A stretch of 64,000 nucleotides of DNA from positions 1,217,721 through 1,281,720 of the forward strand of contig CM120648.1 of NCBI GenBank assembly GCA_051362555.1. Reading direction: 5' to 3'. The notes beneath the pieces are model-generated. The model made no database searches, was not told the DNA's origin, and saw only the letters and a list, made by a program, of their open reading frames with translations. Of the stretch, positions 36,096-50,470 are shown piece by piece. Origin of the DNA: Lingula anatina. Lineage: Eukaryota > Animalia > Brachiopoda. The position numbers and the translations under genes were made by a program. The first letter of the stretch is position 1. Each line of letters opens with the position of its first letter.

Positions 36096-38364
36096 TTCAT
36101 ATATATCATCAATCTCAAAGATTCAAAACTACAAGTCAACATGAAAGTGATTTGAATCACATTTTACAATGTAACATCTCATCAAAGAAAATCACCTCCA
36201 AGTCAAAGTCAACACTTTGATCAACAAAAATTCTTCGATCCTTTTTAAAATTTTTTTCAAGAAAATACTACTAAAGATAACGTCATGGGAATTCAAAATT
36301 TCCTCCACCTTCGAAACATTTCTAAATTCATAAACTACGTAACAACAGTTTCCAGTGGATGAAATGAAACACCCTCTGCTTCTTTTTACACATCTACTGT
36401 GGACTGTACGTTGAAGAACACAAAGACATCAGCAGGAAGAAACTATTTTTCAGTCTTCACAGCAGATGAATAACTAGAAGTAAAGAGCGTGACAAGTGAA
36501 CTACCACTCCACTTGTTTAATTAATTATCAATAATAATAATAAAGATGATGATTATAAACAGGTATTGCATCCTCAGCCCCACTATTTCTATTTGTGGTG
36601 GCGAAGAACGCCCCGTCCTATCACACAAAATGTCAATAAACAATTATTCTAATTTTGAGTGAGACGACGAGAGTTCTCACCTCTGTACAACAGATACAAG
36701 TATTTTGGTTTGCTGGCCATTTCTGGGTAAAGCATAATACATTCTCAGTCACTCAAGACCTTAAGATTATATTGAATTGAAAATGGAATGGATCTGAAAA
36801 GTGCCCAGTCTTGTTTGTGCAAGCATTCATAAATTCTTAAAATTATTATATATATATATATGTGTGTGTGTGTATATTAGTGAACAAGTCTTATTGACTT
36901 GTCAGCAGCTGCCTTTTAAGGACAGAATATTTCCTGTGCAAACTTGCATAATGACTGGTGGCAGCATGCAACACAAAAAAACTAATTTTAAAAAAATTAT
37001 GAACAGGTGGCAGCACTTTTTATGACAAGCCCTCCTACTTATGAATAGATGGCAGCACCTGCCATGACAAAACCACTTAGTGAGCCATGCAAGCAAAAAA
37101 TAGTAAAGCCTCTTTTCAGATACATACTAAATGTTTGTCTACATATACAAATAGCAGTCTTCTTTAAATTTCTTTTCCAGGCAAAAATGAAATTAAAGAT
37201 AAAAACAGACACTAGTAGTGTATTGGGGCTTATCTGCATTTGCACTTTACAATGTACTTGTAATTCACTTGACTAGGAATACTTGGCATGCCAACCTGAA
37301 AGGTAACAACCAACAAATTCAACTGACAAAAAAAATAAAATAACAACCACTTATAAGCAATCAGGCTGGCAAGGTACCTGTTTTGACTACAACTATGTTT
37401 ACCAACATTTAAACTGACATGTAAAGAAACTCTTCACTTGCATAAATTATAATATGGCAGCATATGTGTTTATATTGGGCTTGGCAATTTGAGGGAGAAG
37501 AGTTTAAGCACTGCATAATATGATTACTAGTTGTCAACTTAAGCAAGTAGATATAACCAGCAGTTTTAAATATTTCAAAATGACATCTTAAATACGATGA
37601 TTTCAATACATTGATCCACAAAGCAGTCCAGCCAATAGACAAATATATCACTGGCTTCAGCTGACTAACTAGCTTGCCCGAGCACCTAAATGCGCAAAAT
37701 TTCCACCATGTTGAATACCCCCCCCCCCCTCTCTTTTGCAGTGTTTTGAATTTTCTTCAAAAGATTGGTAGATTGTGTGGGAAAGAAAGTCCTTTCTGGT
37801 AGGAAAATGTCTGATAATAATCAATGTGCAAAATGTCAGACTTGAAGCTCAGTCCTCCCTTTATCTTTGCACCAATCTTTATGACAAAACACTATCTCCC
37901 AATATATGTGAAATTAATAATTAACTAAAAAAACAAATATTGTCATCACACACCTTTCCCCCCTCCCTGTTATTCTATACAGAACATCAGACGTCAATCT
38001 CGTGGATATGTTTCTATAAATTTTTTTTTCAAATGTTGCAATTTTTTTGGTTGATTAAATAAGGCAAATGCAGGGAAATTCTTTAATAAAATATCCACCT
38101 CCTTATGACCTGCACCACATCTGGTCAGTCAAAAACTATCATGGTAATAATAATAATAATAATATACCCTGCTTGTAAAGTTCAAAAGTTACACAAAGTC
38201 TGGTACCATTCTACAAACATGCAATGCTAGAGAACGAGGACTACTGAACAGCCTCCCAGAGTCCCACGATACCGGCATAAACAGCAAAACCTGCAGAATG
38301 GCACAGACCAGTTATCATGACACACACATCTCCGAAGCTTTTTTAACCAGCAATTTTTTTCTTT

Positions 38365-38649
38365 TTAGAACCGCCTGCTTCCTGGGCCCCAGGAAGGAGC
38401 CCCGCCACCTGCGGCAACACCCCCGCCGCCAGACGCGAAGGAGGGGAAATCCTCAGTGCTCTCCATGTTTGGCGCCTGTTTGTCCCAAGGTGCGTCCCGT
38501 ACCTGGAATCCCGGGCCGTGGTTCTGCTTGGGATGGGACTGCTCTTGTTTGCTGGGGTGCATGTACTGGCGCATAGATTCCCTGTCTAGGACATCCTGAA
38601 GCTGAAATCAGAGGACAGCGTGTGAATTTGGTTGGAAGAGGAAGAGATT

Positions 38650-38703
<54 letters not shown>

Positions 38704-41700
38704 AATTTGTCTGTAGAACATGAATTTCTTAGTTTTTAGTACGTAGTGAAATTTTAATATCTCATTCAGTAATTCAGAAATTTCTGACCTCATCACGGCA
38801 TTGCTCCAAACCTGACAACTGTTGCCTACTGATAGTGTGTTATTTACTAATAGTAAACAAAATGTGCCCATCCACATGGCAGACTTACATATTCCTCCTC
38901 CAGGTTCTGCAGGTAGTCCTTGGCATCCAGAACATTGTCCTCCATGCCTGTGATCACCACCAGGTCTGGGTTGTCATTGTCACTGGAGCGCGGGAACTTG
39001 ATGTCAACCTACAACAATGACAATAACATTGTTGTTATCACTATAGTCATGTAAACAAATCATGACTAAAAGACAAGTCCTTTCTGCGAGGAGCTAGAAC
39101 CTTTATCTTTCAAACCAATCTGACGTAGCTAGTACCCTCTGGTTGTCATTTTGGAAATCTACTGATGGGTCATTGAAAGATTTCAAAATGGCTGCCAATG
39201 TAAGTGAGTAAGAGTCTAAGAAATTTTCAAAACTGTGCAACTGTTTCAAAACTTTCATATCCCCACAACGTTATCCAAAGATTTGAACAAAAACCCATGT
39301 CGAGAGAAACTGACTTCTCTGATGTTTATACTGAAATACTGACAGAACAAACCCAGCTGCCTATATCAAAAAACACTGAACAAAGGTGAACTGCCCTATC
39401 TCCTCCGTTCTCTCACCTTGTAGTCATCCATGATCTTGCGGACCTGACGTCCCTTCTGTCCTATGATACGAGAATGCACGCGATGATCCAGGTTGACTTC
39501 CTCAGTTATCATGTTGTCCTAAAAATAAATAAAATTAATTAATTAATCAATAATAGGTTAGTAAACTAATTAAAAAGTAAATATGATACCAGTGTTGTCT
39601 CTCTGAAAGGCAATACACCAACTGCCAGTAACTTCTGAATATGACATTCCAAAGTCTAATTCAGTCTTGACATGAGAACACATTCAAACTTACCAGTTCA
39701 CCAACAAGCTTCATAATCTCATCCTTGGCCTCTTTGGCGCTCTTCTCATAACCTGTGATGGTGATCACATCCTGGTTTTCGCTGCCTTTATCCGGGAACT
39801 GGATGTTGACATCAAAAGCATCGCGAATCTTGGAAATGACGGCACCTCTGCGGCCAATGATTTTAGGGTGGTAGGCGGGGTCCACTCTCACCTCCAGTGA
39901 GAAGTTCTTCAAAGCCTGCAAAAGCACAGAATGGATATGAAAGTTTTCCACATCACTTTCCTGATAATACAGGGAAGTTTATCAAAAGGCACAAATACAA
40001 AATATTGGAATCATGAATATGATACTGATCCATTTTAAATAACTTTAACCTCACTCAATTCAGAGACGACATTTTCAAAAAGATTAAAATCTCAGTTTTT
40101 CCTTCTCACACAGAATTTTTCCTGAATATCATGTTATTTCCACTCCTCCCCAGTATCACACAACATGCCACATGACAAAGCATCAGAAAAAATGTTTTTT
40201 TAAGATTTTTTAAAAAATCACAACACATTCTTCAACCACTGACCCTGTCCTCTTTCTCCTTCTCCAGTTCCTCCACTCTTGCATTCAGCCCCTCAACTGC
40301 CCTGGCAACGTTGGCGCGGGGCCCCGTAACCTTGACGATGTCACTCCTGTTATCAGCGGGCGGGATGGAAATGTTCACATCAAACTCCTCCATCATCTTT
40401 CGAACGTCGCGGCCGCGCTGGCCAATGATGAAACGATGGAAGTCAAATGGGACGTTCACTTCTTCTGTGATAGGAACAAGTGCCTGTGAATACAAAGTAT
40501 TTTTAATAAAACGTAACTCACTTAATGCCATCCATTTCCTTTCAAACTAGAGCAAACCACTACAAGATTTTGTCTTTTAAATACAATATTACAATGAAAA
40601 CTTATCTTTCTCTTTTCCAATATATACAATAATTTTAACTTGACGCTCTGTTACGATGCATACTAAATATGCCCTTCTCAAATATGCATGACCTAAATGA
40701 GAAGCGCTCCGCACACTTGCCTTAAAATTTTCTGTAATTAAGATAATTTCTGAATTCAAATATTCCTATTTATCAAAACTTACAGAAATACCAAATCAAT
40801 CACTCTCTCTTACCATCAAAGCTTCCTTTGCAGCCTCGCAGTCTTCCTTTTTCCCTGTGATCAAGATAATATCTTGCTTCTTGGGCTTGTCTTGATCATG
40901 CTCAGCATCACCAGCACCATCTACATGTGTGTCACCATTCACATCAACGTCTCCGTTCACCTGCGGCTTAGCATTTCCTGAAGACAGTCAAGTAAATGTG
41001 GTTATAATACAGCCCAAATTTCAACTCCAGTTTCAAACATTTTTTACCTTCTATTGTTTTAAAACTACAACAAATAGAACACACCTAACTTTCAGTCGCT
41101 TTTCCCATCTATTACCTATCACTTACCCTTTCCATCCCCAGCTCCGTTGGCCTGAGGCCTGTCAGGGAACTTGATGCCGACATTGTGGTCTTTGGTGACT
41201 TCCTGCACCCTGGACCCCTTGGTGCCCATCACTGTCCTGTGGTACTGCTGGGGGATCACACATTCTATAGTCACCTGGGACTCCTGGGGTAGGAAATATT
41301 GACATATATAAATGTATATAGAAAGATAGATATTGACATCACCGGTTTCAATAAAATAAAATAATATTTATCTATTACTTTAAAAGCTAAAAGTTGGATA
41401 CTACAATAACTGTGAATGGGATACTATCAAAACTGATTTCATTCTAAAAGAGACATAAATGTGCATTTTTCTAAATTTTCATGAATTTGAAGTTTATCTA
41501 AGCACCCCCCTTAAGGACAGTTCAAAAATGAAACTGAATAAGGTCTGAAAAGGGGGCAACGGTCAAAACAATACCCTACCAGTTCAGCCACAATCTCAGC
41601 AATTCTCTTCTTGGCACCTTCTATACAATCCTTTGCCCCTTTCAGGACCACCTTGTCGCTCTTCATGCCACTGCGTGGGAAGCTGACTGAGACACCTCCG

Positions 41701-44700
41701 TAATCAGCAGCTATGGTGTGCAGCACCTCGCCACGGCGGGCAACAAAATGGCGGTGGTACTTGGGGTCTACGCTGATTTCACCCTCAACAACATTTTCCT
41801 GCAAAGCAGAGAATAAAAAGTACATAAATATGTAAACAATAATATAAATGGAATTTCACTGCAGACCCAAGAAAATTTCGAGGTGCATCAATTTCCAACA
41901 TTATATATGTCAAAGACAAACATGTCTGTGATGAAGGAACAAGGCAAGCAGTCTTATATCCTTTTCACCAATCAAACAACTCAGAAAAGAAATTGGTGCA
42001 GATTTTGCAAGGTCAGTAAAGTTATTTTGTGAAACAGGGCTCCTGAGTAATCATCATCGTACCAGTTCCTTGATCATGGCCTCCAGTTCAGTCTTGGCGG
42101 TGCTCACGCTCTCCTCGGTCCCGATAATACTGATGGTCTCCTGGTCTGCATCCTTGGAGGTCGGGAAGATGACACGCGCACCTGTGCTTTCACGTACCTG
42201 GTTATAAAAATAATAAAATCAGTATCAAGGAGACGGGTTGGGACTAAAACCATGTGTAACACCAGCGCCACACTGGTGGTACAATTATAATAAAATAATA
42301 TGATTACAATTATGTCTATGATAGATTTAGCAAGATTCCATCATCCCCACACAATGGGGTAACACACCTTGATATATAAACAATAACAATAATAACAAAA
42401 CTTTTTTGGCAGTAGTATTATTTACCATCTTAAATCCAACCACTATAATGTACAGCACACTGAAGAATCTGTAAAAATAAAGCTTTATGATCACATCACT
42501 TGCCTTTCTGATGTTGGCCCCATTACGTCCAATCAAGAATTTGTGGAAATCAGGTTTAGCTTTGATTTCTGCAGTGAAGCCGTGAGTTTGCCTCTCGTCA
42601 GCCAGGGCCAGGAGTTCCTTCTTCGCCTTCTCCACATCGTCTTTTGGACCACGCAGGACAACCTTGTCGCTTTTACCACCCTCTGGTGGGAAGCGCACTA
42701 TGACGCCACCGCAGTCCTCCATGATGGAGCGGATGAGACGTCCCTTGGCACCAATGATGGAGTTGTGGTGCTTGTGAGGGATTTCTATGGTGATTTCTTT
42801 TATGTTGGCCTGCAAATATTGACATTCAACTTTTTCTGTAAACATATTTCTTAAACCTACTTCTTAAAATAAGAAAATTAATAGGAAATCTATACTTTCC
42901 TCTTTTTCTGTGACTGACCACAATGAGAATAGGAGAGAGGGATTAAATGTGCCAGCTGGAAGTTTCATTTTCTTTTAACTCCTGAGAAGAGCAACTCAAC
43001 ACCTATTGAATATCTCTCTGGAATACCTTAAGTCCGTAAACTCACCAATTCTTTCTGAATAGCCTCAATCTTGGCCTTGGCCGTCTCCACATTCTGCCTC
43101 TTGCCTGTAATGACAATGACATCAGAGTCGCTAGCCTCACTGGGCAAGTCAATACGAGTATCGGTCTCCTCACGGATCTTCTTGATGGTGGCGCCACCTT
43201 TGCCAATGATGTTCTTGTGGAACTGCTTGAAGATGTGCACCTCAGCTTGGTAGTTCACAGCAATCTAGACAACAAAATGTTGAGTACTATTATCACCATT
43301 AGTCTTAACATTATTAGATCCACATAATTAGTTACAGTTGCCTCAGTGTTGGCTTGTGCCTAAATTTTTAAGTGGACCAGACAAAAAAGAAAGCACTTCA
43401 AACATCTTTTTTTTTTTTTTTGTAATTCTCAGTAGGACCATTTTAACCAAATCCTGGTCCCCTTTTCTCTGCAGTAGATAAGCACTCTCAAACTTCACTG
43501 TCTCCTAGTTGTCCCACTTGTAACAACACTCACCAGTTCCTGGTGCATCTGCTGCAGGTACTTGTAGCATTTCTCCACGTCGTTCTTGGGTCCACGCAGG
43601 GTGACAATGTTGCTCTTCTTGCCTGGGTCAGGGAAAGTGATCTGTACCTGGTTGAACTTGTCCCGCACCTCTTTAATCTTGTCGCCCTTGGCCCCGATGA
43701 TGGTCCTGTGGAAACGCTGCTCTATCATGATGTCCTTGCTACGCTCATTTTCCTAAAATACAACACAAAAAAGCTATTTTTATACACTTGAAAGATAATG
43801 ATTCTGTGGTGCTTTTACTCTTAAGATGTCAATTTTAATAGTATTCTAAAAGGTCTTTTCACCATTATAAGATGCCAATAATAGTAAACTACTTGTATTT
43901 TTCACCATAATTCATCAGATACGTACCATTTTCTCCACCATCTCCATAAGCTCTGCCTTGGCCTTCTCCACTCCCTTGGGATCGCCCTCAATGCGGATGA
44001 TACGGCTACCCTCGCTGTCAGAGGGAATACGGATTGCAACACCAGTGTCATTTTTGATTCTTGTAACTGAAAAAAAGACACAACAATTGTTACAAATACA
44101 ACTAGAGAGGTCTACCCAATTTGACTGAAAGGATCCTTATTTTTAATAATGAATGAGAAACAGGTTTACCAAACTTAACTAGAAACATGTCAATGTTGAT
44201 TATGACTGAATTAGGTTAACCCAACTTAACTTGAAACATACCAATATTGATAAACACTGATACAGGTCAACCAAACTTGACCAAAATCAACCCAATTTTG
44301 ATAATGACTGAGTAATAGGTCTACCCAACTCAAATGGAAACCTGTAAATTTTGACAACAACCGAGATAGGTCTACTGACTGAAACAAGTGGACCCAGCTC
44401 GACTGAAAACGCGATACCAACTCCTACTCACTGTTAGCACCATTCTTTCCGATGATATGCTTGTGATACTTCTGGTTCACATCCAGTTCAGCGTAGGCCA
44501 TTCTGGTCTGCAGGTCCTGGGTGATCTCCCCCAGGGCCTTCTGGGCCTGCTCCACCTCGTCTGGGGGACCCTCAATTACTATCTTGTCCTGGCCCTCTGT
44601 GAACTCTATGTGGACCTGAAGAGGTATAATCAATATGACTCAATTCACTTCATGTGGACCTGAAGTTGCATTATCAACATAACTTAGATGAGGATTATAA

Positions 44701-47700
44701 ATTATTAGTAGCTATGCCAGCATTTGATCAGCTCGATAAATAAATATATATATAAATTTCAAGAATACTTATAATAAGTGAAATAATAACGATGAATAAA
44801 TATTCAAAATTATTACACTGAACCTTAAAACAACTATGGAGTAAGGGTAGTATATTAACTTACTTTTGGCAAGTCTTGTGTTATCTTGCGGATGGTGGCA
44901 CCTTGACGGCCAATGATGAACCGATGCAGCCATGCTGGGGCCACAACTTCAGCTATTACCACAGAGTTAGCCTGAAAAAATAAATAGAAAAGGAAAATGC
45001 TGCATTACACAGTTAAAATGTACATAACTTCATATCAGAAAGATGAAAAGACATTCTGTCAGTCATAACAGACCCACACACCCACCTTAGAATACACCAT
45101 GGTCTCCCTCGCTCCTTCCCCCTCCCTCCCTCCCTCTCTCTCTCTCTCCACTAACCTTAGAATACACCATGGTCTCCCTCGCTCCTCCCCCCCCCCTTCT
45201 CTCTCCCTCCCTCTCTCTCTCCACTTACCTTAGAATACACCATGGTCAGTGCAGGTCCCAGTTTGTCCTGCTCTCCCCTCAGTGTGATGGTCTCAGATGG
45301 ACTGTCCAGTGGGGGGACCTCCACGGACACCCCTGTGGCCTGAAGGATTTCGTTCAACGCCCCAGCGCGAGGTCCAATCACATACTTGTGCTGAGATTTC
45401 CTCACCTCAACAGATACAGTCTGACACTTGCGTTTCTGGAAAAAGAAACATCACATTATAAAATGTTATAGGTTTCCTTGATGTCATCGCCATATCCAAG
45501 GTCAAACATAAATACAATTTTGACAGAAATAAAAATTTCTGTTAACATCTACATTTTTCATATTTCTTGCTATATTCAATATTTGGAAAGCACTGCAAAT
45601 ACCACTTCCAAAATTAGGCCTCAGCTCCTAAAATTGCAAATAATTGCTGCATTGTGCAGCAACCATATGCTGGCAAGATTTGTCATTTTCCACAATGTTC
45701 ATGGCACCAATCCTTAAAACAAACAAAACCAAACCAACATTCTACCATATCTCATCTCTAAAAATACACACCTTTTCCTCGTAAATCTTCATGATAGTAG
45801 CCTTGGCCTCGTGGACACCTTCCTTCTCTCCAGACACAACAATCTCATCCTTCATAACACTAGGTGGCGGCACATGTATGCGGGCTCCAGTCTTGTCTTG
45901 AAGCTCCTTCATCAGAGCGTTGTTTGGTCCACAGATGAATGGATGGTAGATCTTAGCAATGGGGAGACGCTCAAATGCCAATTTGGCCTGGCAAGGAGAA
46001 AAATTTAAAACAAATACTGTAACATTATTATTTAATACAAGTGTGCCATACATACAAGTATTTGTATAGTCACAGACATCCAATCTGACTGGAGAACAAG
46101 TCTGGTCTATTAACCTAAGCAGTCAGTTAATATCGATCAAATAAGTATGTACTAAAAATTAATAAAAAATTCAATAATTGAATATGTTCAACATGTTGCA
46201 CATACATAAATGCACACTCGTTCAGAAACACAGAATAAGCAGTTTACCTGTTCAATGATGACACACAATAGAGGCCAGCAGACAATGCACTGAAGGCACA
46301 TTTATATGTAAGTTGTGACTACCCAACTCAGTTCCATAAAACCTCAGCCGTTGAATTATCACTGCACCTAGTCAATCTTTCACAACTAGATTGTAAACTC
46401 ACTCACCTGTTCATCGGTAATCAACTGTAGCTCATGCCTGGCTTTATCTATTCCTTCCTTGGTGCCCACGATACGGATGACGTCGGAGTTCTCCTCCGGA
46501 CGCGGGATGGTGATCTTGGTGGTGGTGTTCAGCTCCAGCTCCTGAAGCTTCTTGCCACTTTTGCCCAGAATAAAACGATGGTGCTCTCGGGGGATCTTCA
46601 TGGTAACGTTGGCCTAGAAACCAGAATAAAAGGCAGTGTTAGGTAAACACCCAAATACTGAATTTAACAATATTTAAATATATACATAACAAAGTATAAA
46701 AACAAATACAAAATATAATAATTTGTCGTTTTTTTGTGAGTTTGAAGTGGAAAAATTCTTCAATTAAAATAAAAGATGTAGTCAGTTGGCACTAACTTGG
46801 TAGATTTTTTAAAAATTGACTTTCAGATAAATACTGCATCTTCCTCCTTTATCCAGAGGAAAGGATTTTTGTTTGTTCATCACATGGTAGGATCATTTAT
46901 CATACAAAAAATTAAAAACATCTTTCTTTTTTCCCACTTCTGTGACAAACCATCACAACTGACCTGGGTTTGCAGTTGGTTGACCACCATGCGCCTCGCT
47001 TTCATCACATTCTCTATCTTCCCCGTAATAACCACAGTGAGGCTCTGATCTTTGGCAAGGCTCATCTCTATGGCAACACCTTGTTAACAGAGATTTATTT
47101 AAACCAATTAATAAACTCTCTTCATTGATAATACAAGACCAAAAGACTTACTATTTAGGCTACTAAAAATGTACAACTGAAATGAGTGTTTCTCCTTATT
47201 TCAACCTAATTACAAGCTATCATATATATATTGCTTTCAGTATTCATTTATCCACAGTATAAAAAGTGCCAGCCTGTGAACCTACCAGTTTTCTGCATGA
47301 TGTCCTTGCAGATCTTGGCCTGTTCTCCTGCCTCGCCAAACCCGTGCTCATTGATTTCTTGGAAACGACGCTCTTCCAAAGGAACACGGAAAACCTGCCA
47401 GCAACAAAAAATACATGGTTTTATTGTAACAGCAACAGTATTTTGACCATTTTTAAAAGATTCATTCCATCAGGTTTATTTTCGAATAATGCATGAATGA
47501 TGAGGGTATTTTAAAATGTTAATTTTTATTTGAATGACAGACCTGCTTTTTTTTTTTGGCAAAATTCATGTATTCTTAAAGAATATGTCCCAAAAGGCAC
47601 AACATCTATATAACTTTTACATAACCACAGTGAGAAAATCAATAATAATATAGCTATTAAACAGAACATCATGGCTTATTTACTGTGCTGTTAACAAAAC

Positions 47701-47929
47701 AGAAAAATTCTTCTCTTACCTGGGTTGTAGTAGAAGTCCTCAACATCATCTTATTAGTGGGGCCCCACTGAGCAGCAGCAGGTGTGGATGCAGACGCCCC
47801 AGCCCGTGGGGACTCCCCCTCTGAGAGGGGTGGGAAGGCCTCATAGTAGCTCGGGATGTCCCCTTCTTCTGACCTGGACGCATCGGGTGCGGGAATGTCC
47901 TCGGAGATCTGCGCCATGTCCGAGCTCAT
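38365..47929 (-). CDS. HDLBP: Vigilin (high-density lipoprotein-binding protein), multi-KH-domain RNA-binding protein, 21 coding exons, ~1278 aa
   Basis: Minus exons 47929-47720, 47394-47286, 47079-46964, 46613-46407, 45987-45772, 45435-45229, 44971-44864, 44615-44432, 44066-43927, 43752-43534, 43264-43046, 42809-42504, 42197-42063, 41798-41580, 41283-41127, 40977-40814, 40483-40244, 39915-39694, 39518-39417, 39008-38889, 38601-38365 splice in frame. Tandem KH repeats with H..IIGxxG, N-terminal YxEAFPPL and VPLEER, C-terminal STEDFPSF...WGP. Confidence 0.97.
44105..44410. repeat. ~52-bp degenerate minisatellite filling a vigilin intron
   Basis: AGGTCTACCCAACTTGACTGAAA-like core recurring near 44107, 44161, 44212, 44263, 44316 and 44367. 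Confidence 0.7.
45084..45248 (-). repeat. ~70-bp tandem triplication spanning a vigilin exon end and donor site
   Basis: GACCATGGTGTATTCTAAG|GT occurs three times (donors after 45229, 45156 and 45086). Confidence 0.9.
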
Positions 47930-50227
47930 AGTCGTATATCAGGTCCAGTCGAACAGCACTGACTAATAGTACGAGAAAACAGAAAAGTTGAATGAGCTGT
48001 TCTCACTATACAGGCACCGCAAAAAAAAAATCTGAGACAATTTATTATTTTATCAAAGTTTATTCAAGAGAAACAAGAGGCAAAGTGCAAGCTTCATGTT
48101 CTCTCCTTGAAGACCCCCCCCCCAAGAAATATGAGACATAATTAATACAATATATCCATGGTACTTTATTTATTTTCCTTTTCCAAAAATTAATGTGAAC
48201 CTCTGCTACAAAATTAACATAATAATAAACTTAAAGAGTAAGCATATAAACTGATTAAAAATTATGTATATATCAGACTGGGAAGCAATAAATCACTGTT
48301 GGCCCTTTTAACTAACAAATGCAAACATGTCATCAAAATCATCAGATAAGTCTTTTGTTTGGCACTGTGCCAAAGTTGGACAAGTTTTGCAGTGACTGTG
48401 TTAACTAACAAGTGTGGAATTTAACCAAAGTGGAACTGAACTATAAACCTGACGGGGTCTAGGACAACCTCACTGTCCACATATCAAATGTTCTAGAAGA
48501 GCACACAATTATCTATGTTATCTTTATAACTATCTGTATGTGTGTAAACATTAGCAGTTTTACTTGTGTCAGGACAACATCAATGTGCAGACTAACATCA
48601 CAGCTACTTTTCTAAAAACCTGCTTATCAAAACTACACATTTATAATCAAACAAATATTCATAAAATATGTTTTAAATTATTATAGTGATGCTGTGACAT
48701 TATGGGACATTTAAGTTTTCTTCCTACATATGAACAGTGGAACACTCTTCAACAAAGAATGTTCTTTGGTCCATAGATTGGGGTTTTATCTGCAACTAAA
48801 CTTATCAGCCAGCAAAGGAAATCCCATCAACTGCATGAGAAATATAGCATCAATCTGACCCACTATCTTTAACCTAATTGCCACCATCTTTAACCTTATT
48901 GCAAGTCAAACAAAGCTCATTATATGTGTTTATTCAATTCAAATGAAATTATCTCTTTATCAATGGCTTGAAATAGTCAAGAAGACCTTGTAAAAGCTGA
49001 ATGTAGAGCTTTATCTTAATAGCTAGGCAAATGAAGACTGATGAATAACAAATGCAGACAAATGAAAGAGAACCTGTAATATATCTGCAGGCAATAGCAT
49101 GATAAGAGTTATCTGATTTTGATATACCCCCTCCTCACAGGATAACATTTAAAACTCTAAATGTTTTTTTTTGTAATGATATGACAAGGACCAACATGAC
49201 AAAGATTACAAAAAAATCTTATACTGAATCAATCAAAACTCCGATTAATCCTTTATTTATTTCTTACGTGCAGTGGAACAACTAGAACTGGCTTACTTCA
49301 AATTCAAATCCAGTTTAAAAATGTAGGGAATCACATTCAATTTTAAAAAAAATATTAAAAGACTTCAATAAAAAAAATAATTTGCACTGCAAAAGTAACA
49401 TTAATGATTAAAGGAAGTGAAGTAAAGTATGGTTTTTCTGATTTATTATTGTTTACCAAAAAAAAATTTGCTTGGATTTTAAGATAAATGAACGATTACT
49501 TAAGGCCAATTTACTCAACCAGTCTATTAATTATGACAGTTGATAGAAAGTGACCTAAAACAGGATATAATCACAGATGTATCAACCTTTAGAACTGATA
49601 ATTGCTAGCACCAGAAACATATTTTGTGGTTTTATAATGATTAATGCCAGGCTTTAATGTACCAAAAGCAGGTGGTTATGGTTTCTTAAAGCCTTCTTTA
49701 TAGTCCATGATAAAATACCCTTGTCCAAGTAAATAACCACACCCATATGTGTAAGACCATCTGAATTGAGTACAACAGTGCGATGAATCATTTTCACGCG
49801 AAATTTCATAATAAAAACAATTCTAGGCCAATCGAACTGCACATGACCGGTCAAGTAAACAAAAATATCCCCGTGAATTTCATATATACGTAACTTGTCA
49901 AGAAATCAGAAATATGCCACTTCAGACACTTTCTAAGGGCAAGTTCAATCTTTAAACTTTTTTGGAAAAAATATAAGAAATTTTATTAATTGCAAAGCTC
50001 ATAAACACTAGTCGAGAACGTGGAAAGCGTTTGCAATTTATTTTACAAGCAATATTACTTACAAGTTACAGTACTGTTTCCGGTAAGGTCCGTCCTAAGT
50101 TTGAAGCAATTTGCTCTTCGGCTCCAACTCGGCTGATATCCAGTCTGAAAAAGTGCAAAAGATGTCTGAATACTATCAAAATCTGAAATGAATTCACCGA
50201 AATCTCAAATACGTGTACAGTACTCAC

Positions 50228-50470
50228 CGCACAAGAAACCAGATGGACGATTGCCGGAAGTGGTTGGCTAATATTCATGCGCGACGAACATACGCCCCGG
50301 CTACGTGGTATTTCTGGAGTTTTTAGAAATAAATTTTTGTTTGAAATGCGTTTATTGTAGTATTCTTTCCAGTTTCTGCGTATATTTCAGTCCTAAATAA
50401 TATCACAATCATCTGAATCGGTACTTATTTCTGGTAGCGGGACGTCATTGCGGATGCATTTCCGGTTTGA
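50228..50470 (-). promoter_or_regulatory. Probable vigilin promoter and non-coding first exon
   Basis: CpG-richer patch with ETS-like CCGGAAGTG (~50254) and further CCGGAA/GACGTCA motifs. Minus-strand donor CG|GTGAGT at 50227 could splice to the TAG acceptor at 47964-47963 upstream of the ATG. Confidence 0.55.

Noticed and set aside
40311-47496. Many plus-strand ORFs over vigilin (likewise antisense ORFs over DNAJC16, CPTP, the protease and the SCP-like gene)
   Set aside because: Antisense or alternative-frame shadows of real exons.
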